Notes: generated by a model from the letters alone, not told the origin. Positions 20,001 to 30,166 are shown, counted from the first letter of the stretch. The stretch: DNA of 64,000 bases from a virus (IMGVR_UViG_3300043364_000002:34419-98418), one strand, 5' to 3'. A program made the numbers and translations.

Positions 20001-20572
20001 TGGGCACAACAGAACGTGTTGCTTGGAAACCCTGGGCCATCAACACCGTTGAGCGGACCGATTGCTCGGTGACACTCTGCTGGGATTGCGGTTGCGGCGA
20101 GGCAACTCATCGCGAGTGGACGCATGTACCGCTTAGAGCACGGGTCATCGTATTGCGGCGCTCGTCCGCAATCGCAAGCGCCGCCGTTGCATGATGCGAA
20201 CTCGCACCCGCAGCTGATAGCGCCGCCGCAGTAGTCATCCAGCATCCCGCAGAGCTGCGCCCCGCCATCTGCCTCCGGCGCCGGGCACGTCGTCCTACCA
20301 GTGCAGCTGCCGCCAGCGCCTGATCCTGAAGCGCCGCCGGTGCCGGCTTGGCCAGCGCCCGCGCTACCGCCGCTCCCTGAACTGCCGCCGCACTGGCAGG
20401 CCTCGTAGCCCGTCCCGTCGTCACGGCACGCCTGAGCGCCCTTCACGCCGCCTGGGCAGGCACATTCGACCGTCACGCCGGCCACGCAGATCTTCGATCC
20501 GAAGACATCTTTCGTATCGGCGCTTCCGCACGCGACCGCGCAAAGCGCAAGCAAGATTCCCCACCGCAGCAT
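19997..20572 (-). CDS. Cys-rich lipoprotein (moron)
   Basis: Lipobox ALCAVAC, CVAG..VECACPGG..GAQAC motif, Gly/Ser linker, antisense to the tail operon. Confidence 0.75.
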   Translation of the reverse strand: MLRWGILLALCAVACGSADTKDVFGSKICVAGVTVECACPGGVKGAQACRDDGTGYEACQCGGSSGSGGSAGAGQAGTGGASGSGAGGSCTGRTTCPAPEADGGAQLCGMLDDYCGGAISCGCEFASCNGGACDCGRAPQYDDPCSKRYMRPLAMSCLAATAIPAECHRAIGPLNGVDGPGFPSNTFCCAH

Positions 20573-20574
20573 CG

Positions 20575-20787
20575 TTAGCTCCCCTCGCGAACGGTCTCGC
20601 CGCTCGCGTCCAGCGTCACCTTGACCCGCTGGTCCATCAGCGCGCTCGCGCCGCGGTTCGCCAGGTAGGCGTCAATCAAAACCTGCAGCGCATCGGCGGG
20701 GACCGTCAGGCCGTAGCCCGCATTCTGGCCCCACGCGTTGTGCGCCCATTCGGAGGCCGTACACGGCCCTTTTGGCAAAACATTCAT
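20575..20787 (-). CDS. Small hypothetical protein, first gene of moron
   Basis: ATG at 20787 lies 7 nt after a -10 box. Ends 2 nt before the lipoprotein start. Confidence 0.55.
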   Translation of the reverse strand: MNVLPKGPCTASEWAHNAWGQNAGYGLTVPADALQVLIDAYLANRGASALMDQRVKVTLDASGETVREGS

Positions 20788-20823
20788 GCCCCAAAACGTA
20801 ACAACCCTGTCCCGAACGGACAA
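20788..20823 (-). promoter_or_regulatory. sigma70-type leaderless promoter with TGTCC-N5-GGACA inverted repeat
   Basis: TTGTCC-17nt-TACGTT (with extended TGn)-7nt-ATG. Palindrome 20808-20822 overlaps the -35 box. Confidence 0.55.
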
Positions 20824-20831
20824 CTGAGCGG

Positions 20832-22757
20832 ATGCCTAGCGTTCCCTACGCGCGCCTGCTCGTCTCCGTCAATGGCGGCGCGTACCAAACGGGCAAGATT
20901 TCGCCTGCTTACGGCGACTCGATCCAGCTTGTCGGCGAAGTTACGGCCGGCTGGGAGCACCAGATTTGGGAAATTGTCTATTATCCGGACACTTGGGGCA
21001 CGCCAGCCGGTTGGACGCTCGATGCGACGACCGGGTTTATCTACTCAACAGCTGTTCAGCCTCCGGCCTTTACGCTTCCGGCAAGCACGCTTTGGGGCAA
21101 GTGGGAGCTCCGCCTACGCATCAACGATGCGATCACGAACGACCATGCGGAAACGCGCTTTACCGACTTCGCGTCCGGCCTGTCAATTGAGTCGTCGCAC
21201 ACCCTCCGCGATTTAGGCTCCTACGAGTCGAACCAGTACGACAAGGACTGGGCGCGCGACCACCAGCACAACCTACGCGCCCTCGATTCTGGGATGACGG
21301 GCGGCGGTGGGCCGCCGACTGGCGCGGCCGGCGGCGATCTCGGCGGCAACTACCCGAACCCCAACGTTCTCAAGATCCACGGCGCCACGGTGCCGGCTGC
21401 CGGCGGGCTGACGACCGGCAACGGGCTCTACGTCTCCGGCGCATCGGCGCTTACCTACTCGGCGCTGAACCTCGCCGGCGGCGTCAACTGGGTAGTCAAC
21501 CGGCTGCCCATCGTTAGCCTCGCGTTCGGCGCCGCGAATACGGTACTGACGACGAACGCGGCGGCGAACGACACCGTCTATCGGCTGGTCGTCGACGCCA
21601 ACATCGACCCAGCGGCCGCCATTGCGGTTTCCAAGCTCGCTCCCGGCTCGAACGGGCAATCGCTCGTTACCACTGGTGGCGTGGCCGTTTGGGGCACGGC
21701 GACCGTCGGCACCGGCGGCGTAACGCCTGGCACCAACCGTCAGATCTTCGTCACGAACGCCACCCCAGTTTCGGCATGGGCGACCGTCTCCGGCGACGTC
21801 AGCGTGCCGACGACGGCCGGCGTCTTCCGCGTCGACAAGATCAACGGCACCGCGGTAACGACCGCTGGCGGAGCTCTCGCTGTCGGCGGCGTCCTCCGCG
21901 TCACCGGCGTCGCTGCCTCCGACTGGGGCCCGCTCGACCTCGCCGACTCCGATGCGGTGACGGGCCTTCTCGCCGTCACGCACATCGCGCCAGGCACCAA
22001 CGGGCAGTTTCTGGGCACCGTCGGCGGCGTAGCGACGTGGACCGCGGTCACGATTGGCTCGATCACGCCAGGCGCCGCGAACACCGTCCTGACGACCAAC
22101 GGCGCTGGCAGCGCGACCGCGTGGGCGTTCATCGTCAACGCGAACGTCGACGCAGCGGCGGCCGTCGCGGTAACGAAGCTCGCCCCCGGCGCTACCAACA
22201 CCGTCCTCATCACGGACGGTACCGGCGCCATCGTTTGGAGCACCGGCGTACCGGGCGGCTCCGTCATTCTCGCGGGCGACGTGACGGGGCCGAACAGCTC
22301 CAACGTCGTCGGACGAATCAACGGCGCGACCGTCCCCATCTCGGGCGCGCTCGTCACGGGCAACGGTCTCTACGTGACGGGCGCTTCGGCGCTCACGTAC
22401 AGCGCCCTTAACCTAGGCGGCGGCGCCGGGTACGTCAGTGGCTTCCTTCCGCTTACGAACATCGCCCAAGGCGGCGCCGTCCTCAACGACGTCATGCGGT
22501 GGAACGGGACCGTGTGGGACCCGGAGCCGATTGGCAACTTGCTGCCGCCGAGTGCGACCACCGTGCAGATCGTGGCCGACATGCCGGCGCTTGAGGCGCT
22601 GGCCGTAACAGCGCTCACCGATGGCATCATGGCAATCGTTCAAACCCCTTGGGGTCTCTACCGTTTGAACAAGACAGGTACGCCGGCCGCAACTGGTGAC
22701 ATGCACATTCCGCCCGCCAACGCCGCTGGGCGCTGGGAAAACTTGATGGCTGCCTAA
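20832..22757 (+). CDS. Long tail-fibre-like protein with internal repeats
   Basis: Duplicated GATVP..G.L.TGNGLYV.GASALTYSALNL.GG and GAANTVLTTN...AN.D.AAA.AV.KLAPG modules. Confidence 0.7.
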   Translation: MPSVPYARLLVSVNGGAYQTGKISPAYGDSIQLVGEVTAGWEHQIWEIVYYPDTWGTPAGWTLDATTGFIYSTAVQPPAFTLPASTLWGKWELRLRINDAITNDHAETRFTDFASGLSIESSHTLRDLGSYESNQYDKDWARDHQHNLRALDSGMTGGGGPPTGAAGGDLGGNYPNPNVLKIHGATVPAAGGLTTGNGLYVSGASALTYSALNLAGGVNWVVNRLPIVSLAFGAANTVLTTNAAANDTVYRLVVDANIDPAAAIAVSKLAPGSNGQSLVTTGGVAVWGTATVGTGGVTPGTNRQIFVTNATPVSAWATVSGDVSVPTTAGVFRVDKINGTAVTTAGGALAVGGVLRVTGVAASDWGPLDLADSDAVTGLLAVTHIAPGTNGQFLGTVGGVATWTAVTIGSITPGAANTVLTTNGAGSATAWAFIVNANVDAAAAVAVTKLAPGATNTVLITDGTGAIVWSTGVPGGSVILAGDVTGPNSSNVVGRINGATVPISGALVTGNGLYVTGASALTYSALNLGGGAGYVSGFLPLTNIAQGGAVLNDVMRWNGTVWDPEPIGNLLPPSATTVQIVADMPALEALAVTALTDGIMAIVQTPWGLYRLNKTGTPAATGDMHIPPANAAGRWENLMAA

Positions 22758-23965
22758 TGGGAGAAGCATCCGAACGGCAGCCGACGTGGGTGATTGATTC
22801 GACCGCGGCGAACAATCGCGATACCGGCATCGATGCGGCGCACCCTATCCGAGACGTCGAAGAGTTGCAGCGACGTCTCGGAAAAGGCACAGCGGCGCTA
22901 CGACAGGCGACCACGATCACGATCGCAGCTAACGCAACCAGCTCGGACCCGCTCAATATTCCGTTCGCGGTGCGGGCCGGCGGCAGCCTGACTATCCAGG
23001 GCACGGCGACTGTCGTCGGTTCCGGTACGTTCGGCGCTCCCACGGCTATCAACCGCGCCACGCAGCAGATGCAGCAGGTCCTAGATGGTGCGCAGAACTT
23101 CGCGCCTCACGTTGGGAGACTGATCCGAATTCCCAGCGGCGCCCGTTCTGGGGCATATGCGGTGCTGGCTACAAATATCGGCGGCACCGGGGCGCGTACG
23201 GGTCGCTGGCAGATTCCGAACCGTGCGGCCGGTCAGAGTTCCACTACGACAGCTCCGCTCGTCGGAGATCCGTATGAGATCATTACGGTGCCAAAGCTAT
23301 ATCTGGGCGGGTTCTCTGTCGAACAAGCCGCAGGCGACGCCACGCCCTACTGCAACCTGCACAACCTAGAACTCGACGCAGGCGCATCGTACTCCGGCGC
23401 GCTTCGCGGGCTTGCTGGGATCCCAATCTATATGACGGCGTGCGTAACCCAGAAGCTCAACATCGACGCCGACTTCATCGTGTGCATCGCGTCGCGCTTT
23501 GGCGGTGCAGATCCAGCTGTTGGTATTGATTGGCGGACTTCGCTAATAGCGCAAGTTTGGGGTTGCGTGAGTTTCATCCCGCACTTCGTATGCACAGGAG
23601 CGACTGTCCAATTTGATCGAGATACGCTTTTTCAGGGCTGCCAACACGGCACCAACGGCAACGCAGGCAGCTACGTCGCATTTGGAACGTGTGCGTTCTT
23701 TGATTGCACGCCGTCGCTATTCCTAGATACGGCTGGAAATAGGACAACGGTAGGAGTGTTTAACGACGGCGTTGGGGCACTGTGGGGCACCAACAACACT
23801 GGCCAAGTTAGCGTAGGCAACGGCACCGTCATGTCTTGCTCAACGATCCCGACCGTAAACTCCGGACTTGGACTCGGCAGAGAGATTCGTCTCGGGGCTG
23901 TTCCAATGCTCTGGAGCGATATGCCGGCTGTAGACGCGTCGACGGGCGCGAGAGTGTCGCTATAA
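22757..23965 (+). CDS. Putative receptor-binding/tailspike protein
   Basis: IDS...N.DTG.DAAHP N-terminus and beta-helix-like C-terminal half. Confidence 0.5.
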   Translation: MGEASERQPTWVIDSTAANNRDTGIDAAHPIRDVEELQRRLGKGTAALRQATTITIAANATSSDPLNIPFAVRAGGSLTIQGTATVVGSGTFGAPTAINRATQQMQQVLDGAQNFAPHVGRLIRIPSGARSGAYAVLATNIGGTGARTGRWQIPNRAAGQSSTTTAPLVGDPYEIITVPKLYLGGFSVEQAAGDATPYCNLHNLELDAGASYSGALRGLAGIPIYMTACVTQKLNIDADFIVCIASRFGGADPAVGIDWRTSLIAQVWGCVSFIPHFVCTGATVQFDRDTLFQGCQHGTNGNAGSYVAFGTCAFFDCTPSLFLDTAGNRTTVGVFNDGVGALWGTNNTGQVSVGNGTVMSCSTIPTVNSGLGLGREIRLGAVPMLWSDMPAVDASTGARVSL

Positions 23966-25744
23966 ATGTCGCAGCAATACGTCCGCTCGCTGCTAGCCTC
24001 TCTGCCGGTAGGCACCGAGATCAAGGATGGCGCACTAGGTCAGATCAACGCAACTAACGCCGGCGAGATTGCCGTCTACCGCAACGGCGCGTGGGAGCTA
24101 TTGGCTCGCACAGGCACGGGCACCGTCACGCTCGCCGGAGACGTTACCGGCGTAAGCAGCGCGAACGTCGTCGAGAAGATCACGGGCGTCGGCGGCGTCG
24201 TCGACATGAAGGGCACCGACATCGCCTGGCGCGCAACCGCCAGCACGATGACGCTGAGCCAGATCGATCAGACGACGAACAACCCGGCGGCGTCGTTTCT
24301 CGTGTCGCTGTCGGCCCCGTTCGCTAGCGCGACAGGCGCAAACCGCAACGCGCCTAGTGGCTGGTTCTACATTCCGGCTCCCGTTGGCGCTGGAACCGCC
24401 GGACGCTGGCGGTTCGACGTCTCTGGCGCCGAGGTGTTCGCTGTCGAGGCAACGAGGCTCTACGTTACGGCCGCCGAGATACGGTCAGCGACATCCATCA
24501 CCGTAAAGCCAGTTGACGTGGCCGGCGCTGGATCGGGGGCGCTCTTCGCGGCCGGAGACAGCAGCGGCGCAGTAGGCGGCGTTGCTAAACTCTACGGAGG
24601 TGGAGGCGTCACACCTGGCAGCGTTGACATACGAGCGTCGAGTTCGTCCGGCGGCATTTCCGTCACATCGACTGCTGTCACAGTTGGCCTTTCGCTCTTG
24701 CAGTTCGGGTTGTCCGTGTCGGCGCCGGTCATCGGGCAGGCGACGATCGCCGGCACGCCAAGTACGCTCACGGTCCAGTCGCAGAGCAGTTCGACCACAA
24801 AAGGCGGCAACCTCTCCCACGTCACGGGGGCCGGCTCAGGTGGCAGCAACGGTGACATGACGTTCAGCACGGGCGCTCGGCCCGTCATGACGTTCTTCGA
24901 TGCGTCGAATCCGATCGTTCATTTGTATTCGCCGACGATTCGTTACGACGAGAACATCAGCGCTCCCGGTATCCTGATCGCGCCACGCACGGGCAACGTT
25001 TCGACGCACGACTTCACGTGCACCATGCAGGCCCCGTTCGCTTCGGCTACCGGCTCCAACCGTGACGCTCCAAGCTTCATCGTAGATATCCCGTCGCCGG
25101 CAGCCGGTGGAGCTAGCGGCAGCTTTGATGTCGTGATCTCGGCCTCGAATCGAATGGTCGTCAACACGTCTCGGGTTGAGCTCAGCGTGCCGAGCGTACG
25201 CTGGGAGAACATCGGCGTAGGCTTCACGATCGAGCAGGTTGCATCTGCGACCGATGGCAGCCTGTGCCGAATCATTGCCCAAGAGGGGCTAACGGGCGAC
25301 GGCGGCAATCTAGAACTCATCGGCGGAATCGCGAATGCGGCCATCCGAGGCGGCATCGCACTCGTCGTCGGCGGCGATGTCAGCGATCCCGGCGGCATTT
25401 ACATGGTCGAGGTGCGACATGTTTCTTCGCAATTCGTAACAGCCATCGGGTCCATCGCAGGTATCACGGCCACCGATTTTCCGGCAGGCATTGCCAACCC
25501 GTCTGTCTATGTCGGCAACGCGCCGTCTGGCACGGTAGGCGCCGGATTCCCATTGAACGGCTTCGCCATGTACTCCGACGACGGCCGACCGGCCTTCAAG
25601 ACGGCAACAGGAGCTGGCGCAGTTGGCGAACGGATGTTCACGTTGGACGGTGAGTTGACGGTAGCCGGCGGCGCTCTGGATCGATACTTCGTCATCTACA
25701 TTGACGATACTCGCTACAAGATTCCCATTCACCTCGACTCATAG
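23966..25744 (+). CDS. Tail-fibre-like protein
   Basis: LAGDVTG..S.NVV motif shared with 20832-22757, duplicated APFASATG.NR.APS module, YKIPIH C-terminus. Confidence 0.65.
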   Translation: MSQQYVRSLLASLPVGTEIKDGALGQINATNAGEIAVYRNGAWELLARTGTGTVTLAGDVTGVSSANVVEKITGVGGVVDMKGTDIAWRATASTMTLSQIDQTTNNPAASFLVSLSAPFASATGANRNAPSGWFYIPAPVGAGTAGRWRFDVSGAEVFAVEATRLYVTAAEIRSATSITVKPVDVAGAGSGALFAAGDSSGAVGGVAKLYGGGGVTPGSVDIRASSSSGGISVTSTAVTVGLSLLQFGLSVSAPVIGQATIAGTPSTLTVQSQSSSTTKGGNLSHVTGAGSGGSNGDMTFSTGARPVMTFFDASNPIVHLYSPTIRYDENISAPGILIAPRTGNVSTHDFTCTMQAPFASATGSNRDAPSFIVDIPSPAAGGASGSFDVVISASNRMVVNTSRVELSVPSVRWENIGVGFTIEQVASATDGSLCRIIAQEGLTGDGGNLELIGGIANAAIRGGIALVVGGDVSDPGGIYMVEVRHVSSQFVTAIGSIAGITATDFPAGIANPSVYVGNAPSGTVGAGFPLNGFAMYSDDGRPAFKTATGAGAVGERMFTLDGELTVAGGALDRYFVIYIDDTRYKIPIHLDS

Positions 25745-25810
25745 CGAGTGAGCAGCAGATCCGCGCGCAAGCGCAAACGGCTTGGGCTTTCCAAGCAAGA
25801 GGACAGTCAT

Positions 25811-26221
25811 ATGCGATACATCCATCTCACGCACAAGCCCGAACAACACGACGTCATCGACGAGCGCGGCAACGTCGTAGGGCAGGCACTCATGACGCTT
25901 GAGAGCCTTCTCAATTCCAATTGCTGGGGCCAGCCGGAATGGCGCCAGGATGAAGCGTGGCTCGCCGCGTGGGAGCGCCTGACCGACAGCTTTGAGCGCG
26001 GGTTCAGGACGATGGCGCCGTACGTCGCTGCCGACGACAAGGACTACGAGAAGTTTGCGCCCATCGCGACGCTGAAGGGCAAGCAGATTGCGCCGCATCT
26101 CGCTCGGGCAGTAACGAAGATCACGGCGCCCATCACCCGCGCGTCGTCGACTGAGCCTGAAGCAGCGAAGCAGATGAACGGCGCCGAAAAGGCGCTGCCG
26201 GAAGCCGCACAAGCCTCGTAA
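25811..26221 (+). CDS. Hypothetical protein, possible fibre chaperone
   Basis: GAGGA RBS before ATG 25811, follows the fibre genes. Confidence 0.45.
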   Translation: MRYIHLTHKPEQHDVIDERGNVVGQALMTLESLLNSNCWGQPEWRQDEAWLAAWERLTDSFERGFRTMAPYVAADDKDYEKFAPIATLKGKQIAPHLARAVTKITAPITRASSTEPEAAKQMNGAEKALPEAAQAS

Positions 26222-26255
26222 CGATTAACACAGAAGCCGTGGAATTGAGAACTAC

Positions 26256-26636
26256 ATGCTAATAACGACGCAGAATACTGCCAATAGCTTCACGGCGCAG
26301 CAGTGGATCACTGGAGCGGCAAACTTCACAGACGCAGCGCCAACAAATGCCGCTTCCGTGGCAGCGGCTCGGCGAATTACAACGCCGCCCGGCATTTTCG
26401 TTACGCCTGGCCTGCTGGTATCCGCGTTCCTTGGCGATGGCACATCAGCCAGCATTCGCATGTGGTGGCTCGACGATGTGCAGGATTTGTGGGTGCCGTT
26501 TCAGGCGACTGTGGCGCTGACGCTGGCCGCCACGTCCAGCACAAGCGTTGGCGTAGGATGCATGCCTGGTGCGAAGTTGTACGCACAGGTAACGGCTAAC
26601 TCAGGCGTTACCAAGATCGCGTTTATGGTTCGATGA
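26256..26636 (+). CDS. Hypothetical beta protein, tandem paralog A
   Basis: Aligns end to end with the next ORF. Confidence 0.65.
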   Translation: MLITTQNTANSFTAQQWITGAANFTDAAPTNAASVAAARRITTPPGIFVTPGLLVSAFLGDGTSASIRMWWLDDVQDLWVPFQATVALTLAATSSTSVGVGCMPGAKLYAQVTANSGVTKIAFMVR

Positions 26637-27046
26637 TTGCCACTACAACGAACACGGCGCCAAGCTTCACGGCGCAGTGTTGGATCACTAACGGTGGCTC
26701 GGCCATCGCGCTCGACGTGAGCGATCCAAACGCAGCGCCTCCCGTGGCCGCTAGGATAATCACCACGCCAAACTACGCCCTAGCCATCACGGTTCCAATT
26801 GCATCAGGGTTTTTCCGATGCTTGCTCCTGTCGCTATTCGTTGCAGACGGCACGGGCGCGACGGTGCGGCCTTGGTGGTACGACGATGCGCAGGCGCTGT
26901 GGGTCCCGATGGCCGTAGCGCAGGCTATTACATACTCCGGTTTCAACGGATACTCGCAGCCTGTTTCCTACATGCCAGGCGCTAGATTCACATGGCAGGT
27001 CACAGCCAACACAGGCGTAACGAAAATGGCCTGCTTGATTCGCTAG
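26633..27046 (+). CDS. Hypothetical beta protein, tandem paralog B
   Basis: Shares NTA.SFTAQ.WIT, DGT.A..R.WW.DD.Q.LWVP and MPGA...QVTAN.GVTK with paralog A. Confidence 0.65.
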   Translation: MIATTTNTAPSFTAQCWITNGGSAIALDVSDPNAAPPVAARIITTPNYALAITVPIASGFFRCLLLSLFVADGTGATVRPWWYDDAQALWVPMAVAQAITYSGFNGYSQPVSYMPGARFTWQVTANTGVTKMACLIR

Positions 27047-27051
27047 CCAGC

Positions 27052-27582
27052 ATGCCGAAGTCCCACGACGATCCGGACGAGATCGACCCCATCGACTTTG
27101 CGCAGATGGCGCGGGAAGCAAAAGAGCGCGCGGCCAAACGGAAACATAGCGCTTACGAACGGAGCGAACCTCCGCCGATCCCGTCGTCTTACCCGACGGC
27201 TATACAAGGCATCGGCTCACCGTCTCCGTACCGCGGTCGCACGGCAACGCCAGTCGGCTTCGGCACCGGCGTAGCTCACATCGCGCACGCGTCCGGTCAC
27301 ATCGGCAAACGCCTCGCTGTGCTGCTCGCCGCATGGGGAAGCGTCTCGTGGGTCGGCGCCGTTGCGCTCACGTACTGGACCAGCCACAGCGTCGTCAGCC
27401 TCGACCGATACGCGAAGGACGAAGCCGCCAAGACAGTCGAGCAAAACACGCGTAACCGCGACGTCGCAAGCCTGCGCGACGCCATCAACGAGCTGCGTGA
27501 AGAGCTAGCGGCGCACCAGGCCGCACTCAACGTGATGCAGCAACTGCCGATCCAACCGGAGAAGAAGAAGAAACCCAGATGA
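27052..27582 (+). CDS. Single-TM coiled-coil membrane protein (lysis region)
   Basis: One hydrophobic segment followed by a coiled coil. Confidence 0.55.
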   Translation: MPKSHDDPDEIDPIDFAQMAREAKERAAKRKHSAYERSEPPPIPSSYPTAIQGIGSPSPYRGRTATPVGFGTGVAHIAHASGHIGKRLAVLLAAWGSVSWVGAVALTYWTSHSVVSLDRYAKDEAAKTVEQNTRNRDVASLRDAINELREELAAHQAALNVMQQLPIQPEKKKKPR

Positions 27583-28109
27583 CGGACCGCCACCCTACGA
27601 TCCCGCCTCCGCCTGACCGCGACCGCGATACGGATCCGCCGCCGCCTCCTACCGATCCGGCGCCATCGAAAGAGCTTCTGGATCTTTCCGACAACGTCTT
27701 TACTCGGCTCGCCGAGACCGATGGCGATCTCGAGGCCGTGCGACTCGAGCTCGTCGCCATCAACGAACGGCTCAGGAAAGTCGACGAGCTGCATGCGCTC
27801 CTGATGGGCGCAGCGCCTGCGAAGCCGGGTGGCAAGCCGCAGCCAAGCATCGTCTCCGAGCTGCACCAGATGAACAACAACTTGGCGATCCTTGGGCTCA
27901 ACACGGAGCACGCGATCGAGCAGCAGAAGTCGCTCCCCGAGCTCATCGCCGAGAGGCTGTCGACGAAGGTGACGAACAGCGTGCTCACGCTTTACCACGG
28001 CCAGATCTCCGACCTCAAGGAGGCTGACGCGGCGATCTTGAAGCGCGTCGAAGAACTCGCAGAGTCCCTGCGCGCCGACATTCCCAACGGTAACGGTCCA
28101 CGCAAATAG
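27579..28109 (+). CDS. Coiled-coil protein with Pro-rich N-terminus
   Basis: Coupled ORF. Confidence 0.55.
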   Translation: MTDRHPTIPPPPDRDRDTDPPPPPTDPAPSKELLDLSDNVFTRLAETDGDLEAVRLELVAINERLRKVDELHALLMGAAPAKPGGKPQPSIVSELHQMNNNLAILGLNTEHAIEQQKSLPELIAERLSTKVTNSVLTLYHGQISDLKEADAAILKRVEELAESLRADIPNGNGPRK

Positions 28110-28122
28110 GAAGAGAGTCACG

Positions 28123-28998
28123 ATGAAACGTTTCGCAATTGCGCTGCCGCTCGCAGCCGCATCGGTATTGTTCTGTCTTCCAGCGTTCGCCGCTGACGCT
28201 GCGCCAACGGGCGAGCTTCAGAAGGACATGGCTGGCAAGCATCTCGCGATCATGATCGCGGCCGTGCTCCTGCCGGTGCTGGTCAAGTTCTTCGGCAACG
28301 AGACGCTGCATCTGCCGTACTGGGCGGCGAAGCTCCGCGTGGCCGTGGTCATTCTCCTAGGCGGCTCTGCTACCGTGGCTGACCAGATCCAGAACGGCGG
28401 CGAAGTGTGGAGTGCCGTCACGGCTGCCATCATGACAACGGCTCCTGCGCTGCTGATTGAGCTGCTCCAGAAGTTCGGCGGCGGCGGCGAGGTAGCAGGG
28501 CAGAGGGCGAAGAGCGTGAGACCTTCGGCGATGATACCGCCGCCCGTGCTGTGCTTGGCGCTGGCGCTCGTGGTGCTGCCTGGGTGCGCGGCGCTGCAAA
28601 ATGTCAAGACGGTCGTTCGCGATGTGGCCGCCGAGGTCTTCGACGACGCGGCCCAGGCGAACACGGTCCTCGACGTGCTGCACTCAGTCGTCGAAGTGTT
28701 CTTCCTCGCTTCTCCGGATGCAGCTACGCAAGCGCAGGTTGAGCAGTACTTCGCTGACGCGCGGCTTGCCGTAGAGTCGGCGATGGATGTGGCCAAGGGC
28801 GCTAACGCGGCATCTGGCGCGGACTACAACGCCGCGTTCGGACACTTCCGCGAAGCGTACTCGAAGCTGATGACCGTGCTCAACGATCTCGGCATCGTCG
28901 GCAAGACTTCAAGCGGCAAGATGTCGGTCAATCGCCGCGGTGGCGGAACGAACGAGATCCCGGTGCCGCGCGCCGCGATGATGAAGGCGGCGAAGTAG
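28123..28998 (+). CDS. Multi-TM holin-like protein with internal lipobox
   Basis: Signal peptide, about 3 TM segments, then VLCLALALVVLPGC. Confidence 0.5.
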   Translation: MKRFAIALPLAAASVLFCLPAFAADAAPTGELQKDMAGKHLAIMIAAVLLPVLVKFFGNETLHLPYWAAKLRVAVVILLGGSATVADQIQNGGEVWSAVTAAIMTTAPALLIELLQKFGGGGEVAGQRAKSVRPSAMIPPPVLCLALALVVLPGCAALQNVKTVVRDVAAEVFDDAAQANTVLDVLHSVVEVFFLASPDAATQAQVEQYFADARLAVESAMDVAKGANAASGADYNAAFGHFREAYSKLMTVLNDLGIVGKTSSGKMSVNRRGGGTNEIPVPRAAMMKAAK

Positions 28999-29000
28999 CC

Positions 29001-29807
29001 ATGCCGTTCAGTTTCGGTTACCGCCCGTCGCCTCCGGAAGAGGTCGGACTAGGACATCCGCACAAGTTCGGTGCAGCGCCTCCGCCTGAGCACGCGTTCG
29101 TGCAGCTGCCTGCCGCTTTGAATCAGGGAAATTCCAACTCCTGCACGGGAAACGCATTCTCAGTAGCGATCTGCGTCGCGATGGCGCGCGAAGCCGGCAT
29201 GGCACCGGGAGACTTCCCTGAGCTCCCGTCGCGTCTCTTTCTCTACTACGGCGGGCGTGGTGAGATCGGGGAAACGAAGCGCGACGAAGGGGCCATGATC
29301 CATAGCCTGGTCGCGTGCGCGCAAAAGCTCGGCGTGCCACCAGAGAGCGCATGGCCATTCTCAGACAAGCTCAGCGACATCATCAAGCAGCCCGATTGGG
29401 CCGCGATTCAAGCTGCAGCCGATCAGAAGATCGTCGATGGCGCGTACCGCATTGCGACTGTCGGCAGAGAACGCGCTGACGACGTAGCGCGAGCGCTAGG
29501 GCAAGGCGCCACGGTTGTATGGGGCACGGCGCTGGATAACGCTGTCTTCGATCTCGAGAACAATCCTGATGGCGTTTGGCCAGGCGTGCGCGGCGCGATC
29601 ATCGGCGGGCACGCGATGGTGCTGCATGCACACGAGCCATGGCAAGGCGGTCAGCGGCGCTTTCTCAGCCGTACATCGTGGGGACCGTTCGGCAAAGACG
29701 GCTCGTTCTGGGTATCGGAGGACGCGGTGACTTCGTCGAATGCGTCGGACTTTTGGATTTGTTCGATCGCGCCGCTGTACTCCAAACTGGCATCGGTGAT
29801 CGCATGA
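29001..29807 (+). CDS. Papain-like (C1) cysteine peptidase
   Basis: QGNSNSCTGNA, SRLFLYY, GGHAM and SWGPFGKDG motifs. Confidence 0.85.
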   Translation: MPFSFGYRPSPPEEVGLGHPHKFGAAPPPEHAFVQLPAALNQGNSNSCTGNAFSVAICVAMAREAGMAPGDFPELPSRLFLYYGGRGEIGETKRDEGAMIHSLVACAQKLGVPPESAWPFSDKLSDIIKQPDWAAIQAAADQKIVDGAYRIATVGRERADDVARALGQGATVVWGTALDNAVFDLENNPDGVWPGVRGAIIGGHAMVLHAHEPWQGGQRRFLSRTSWGPFGKDGSFWVSEDAVTSSNASDFWICSIAPLYSKLASVIA

Positions 29808-30166
29808 GGCGCCTTCTTCTCGCGCTGCTTCTCGCCGGCTGTCAGCCGATTCCTGTGCCGGTGCCGCCGACGCCGGATGCTGACGCGGCTGCGCCACAGC
29901 CGCCGCCTGCGCCAACGACGCCTCCGCCACGTCTGGACGCTGCGCCGCCGTTTCCTGTTGACGGTACGGAGTGCGAGCGAGCGTGCGCCGTTCTTGGCCC
30001 GCGCTTTCTCGATTGTCCGGAAGGACGAAACACGCCGCGAGGCGAGCGCTGCGCCGATACATGCCAGCATGCTGTCGATTACCCGGCATTCAGTCTTCCT
30101 ACGGCTGCCGTCATCAAGTGCCGCGACGTCGAATGCGTGCGTCGCGCCGGCGTAAAATGTAAATGA
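29804..30166 (+). CDS. Pro/Cys-rich lipoprotein
   Basis: MRRLLLALLLAGC lipobox at ATG 29804, overlapping the previous stop. Confidence 0.7.
   Translation: MRRLLLALLLAGCQPIPVPVPPTPDADAAAPQPPPAPTTPPPRLDAAPPFPVDGTECERACAVLGPRFLDCPEGRNTPRGERCADTCQHAVDYPAFSLPTAAVIKCRDVECVRRAGVKCK

Noticed and set aside
19080-27046. Diversity-generating retroelement or invertible fibre cassette
   Set aside because: No reverse transcriptase or invertase in the window. The repeats differ at synonymous positions and are not adenine-specific.
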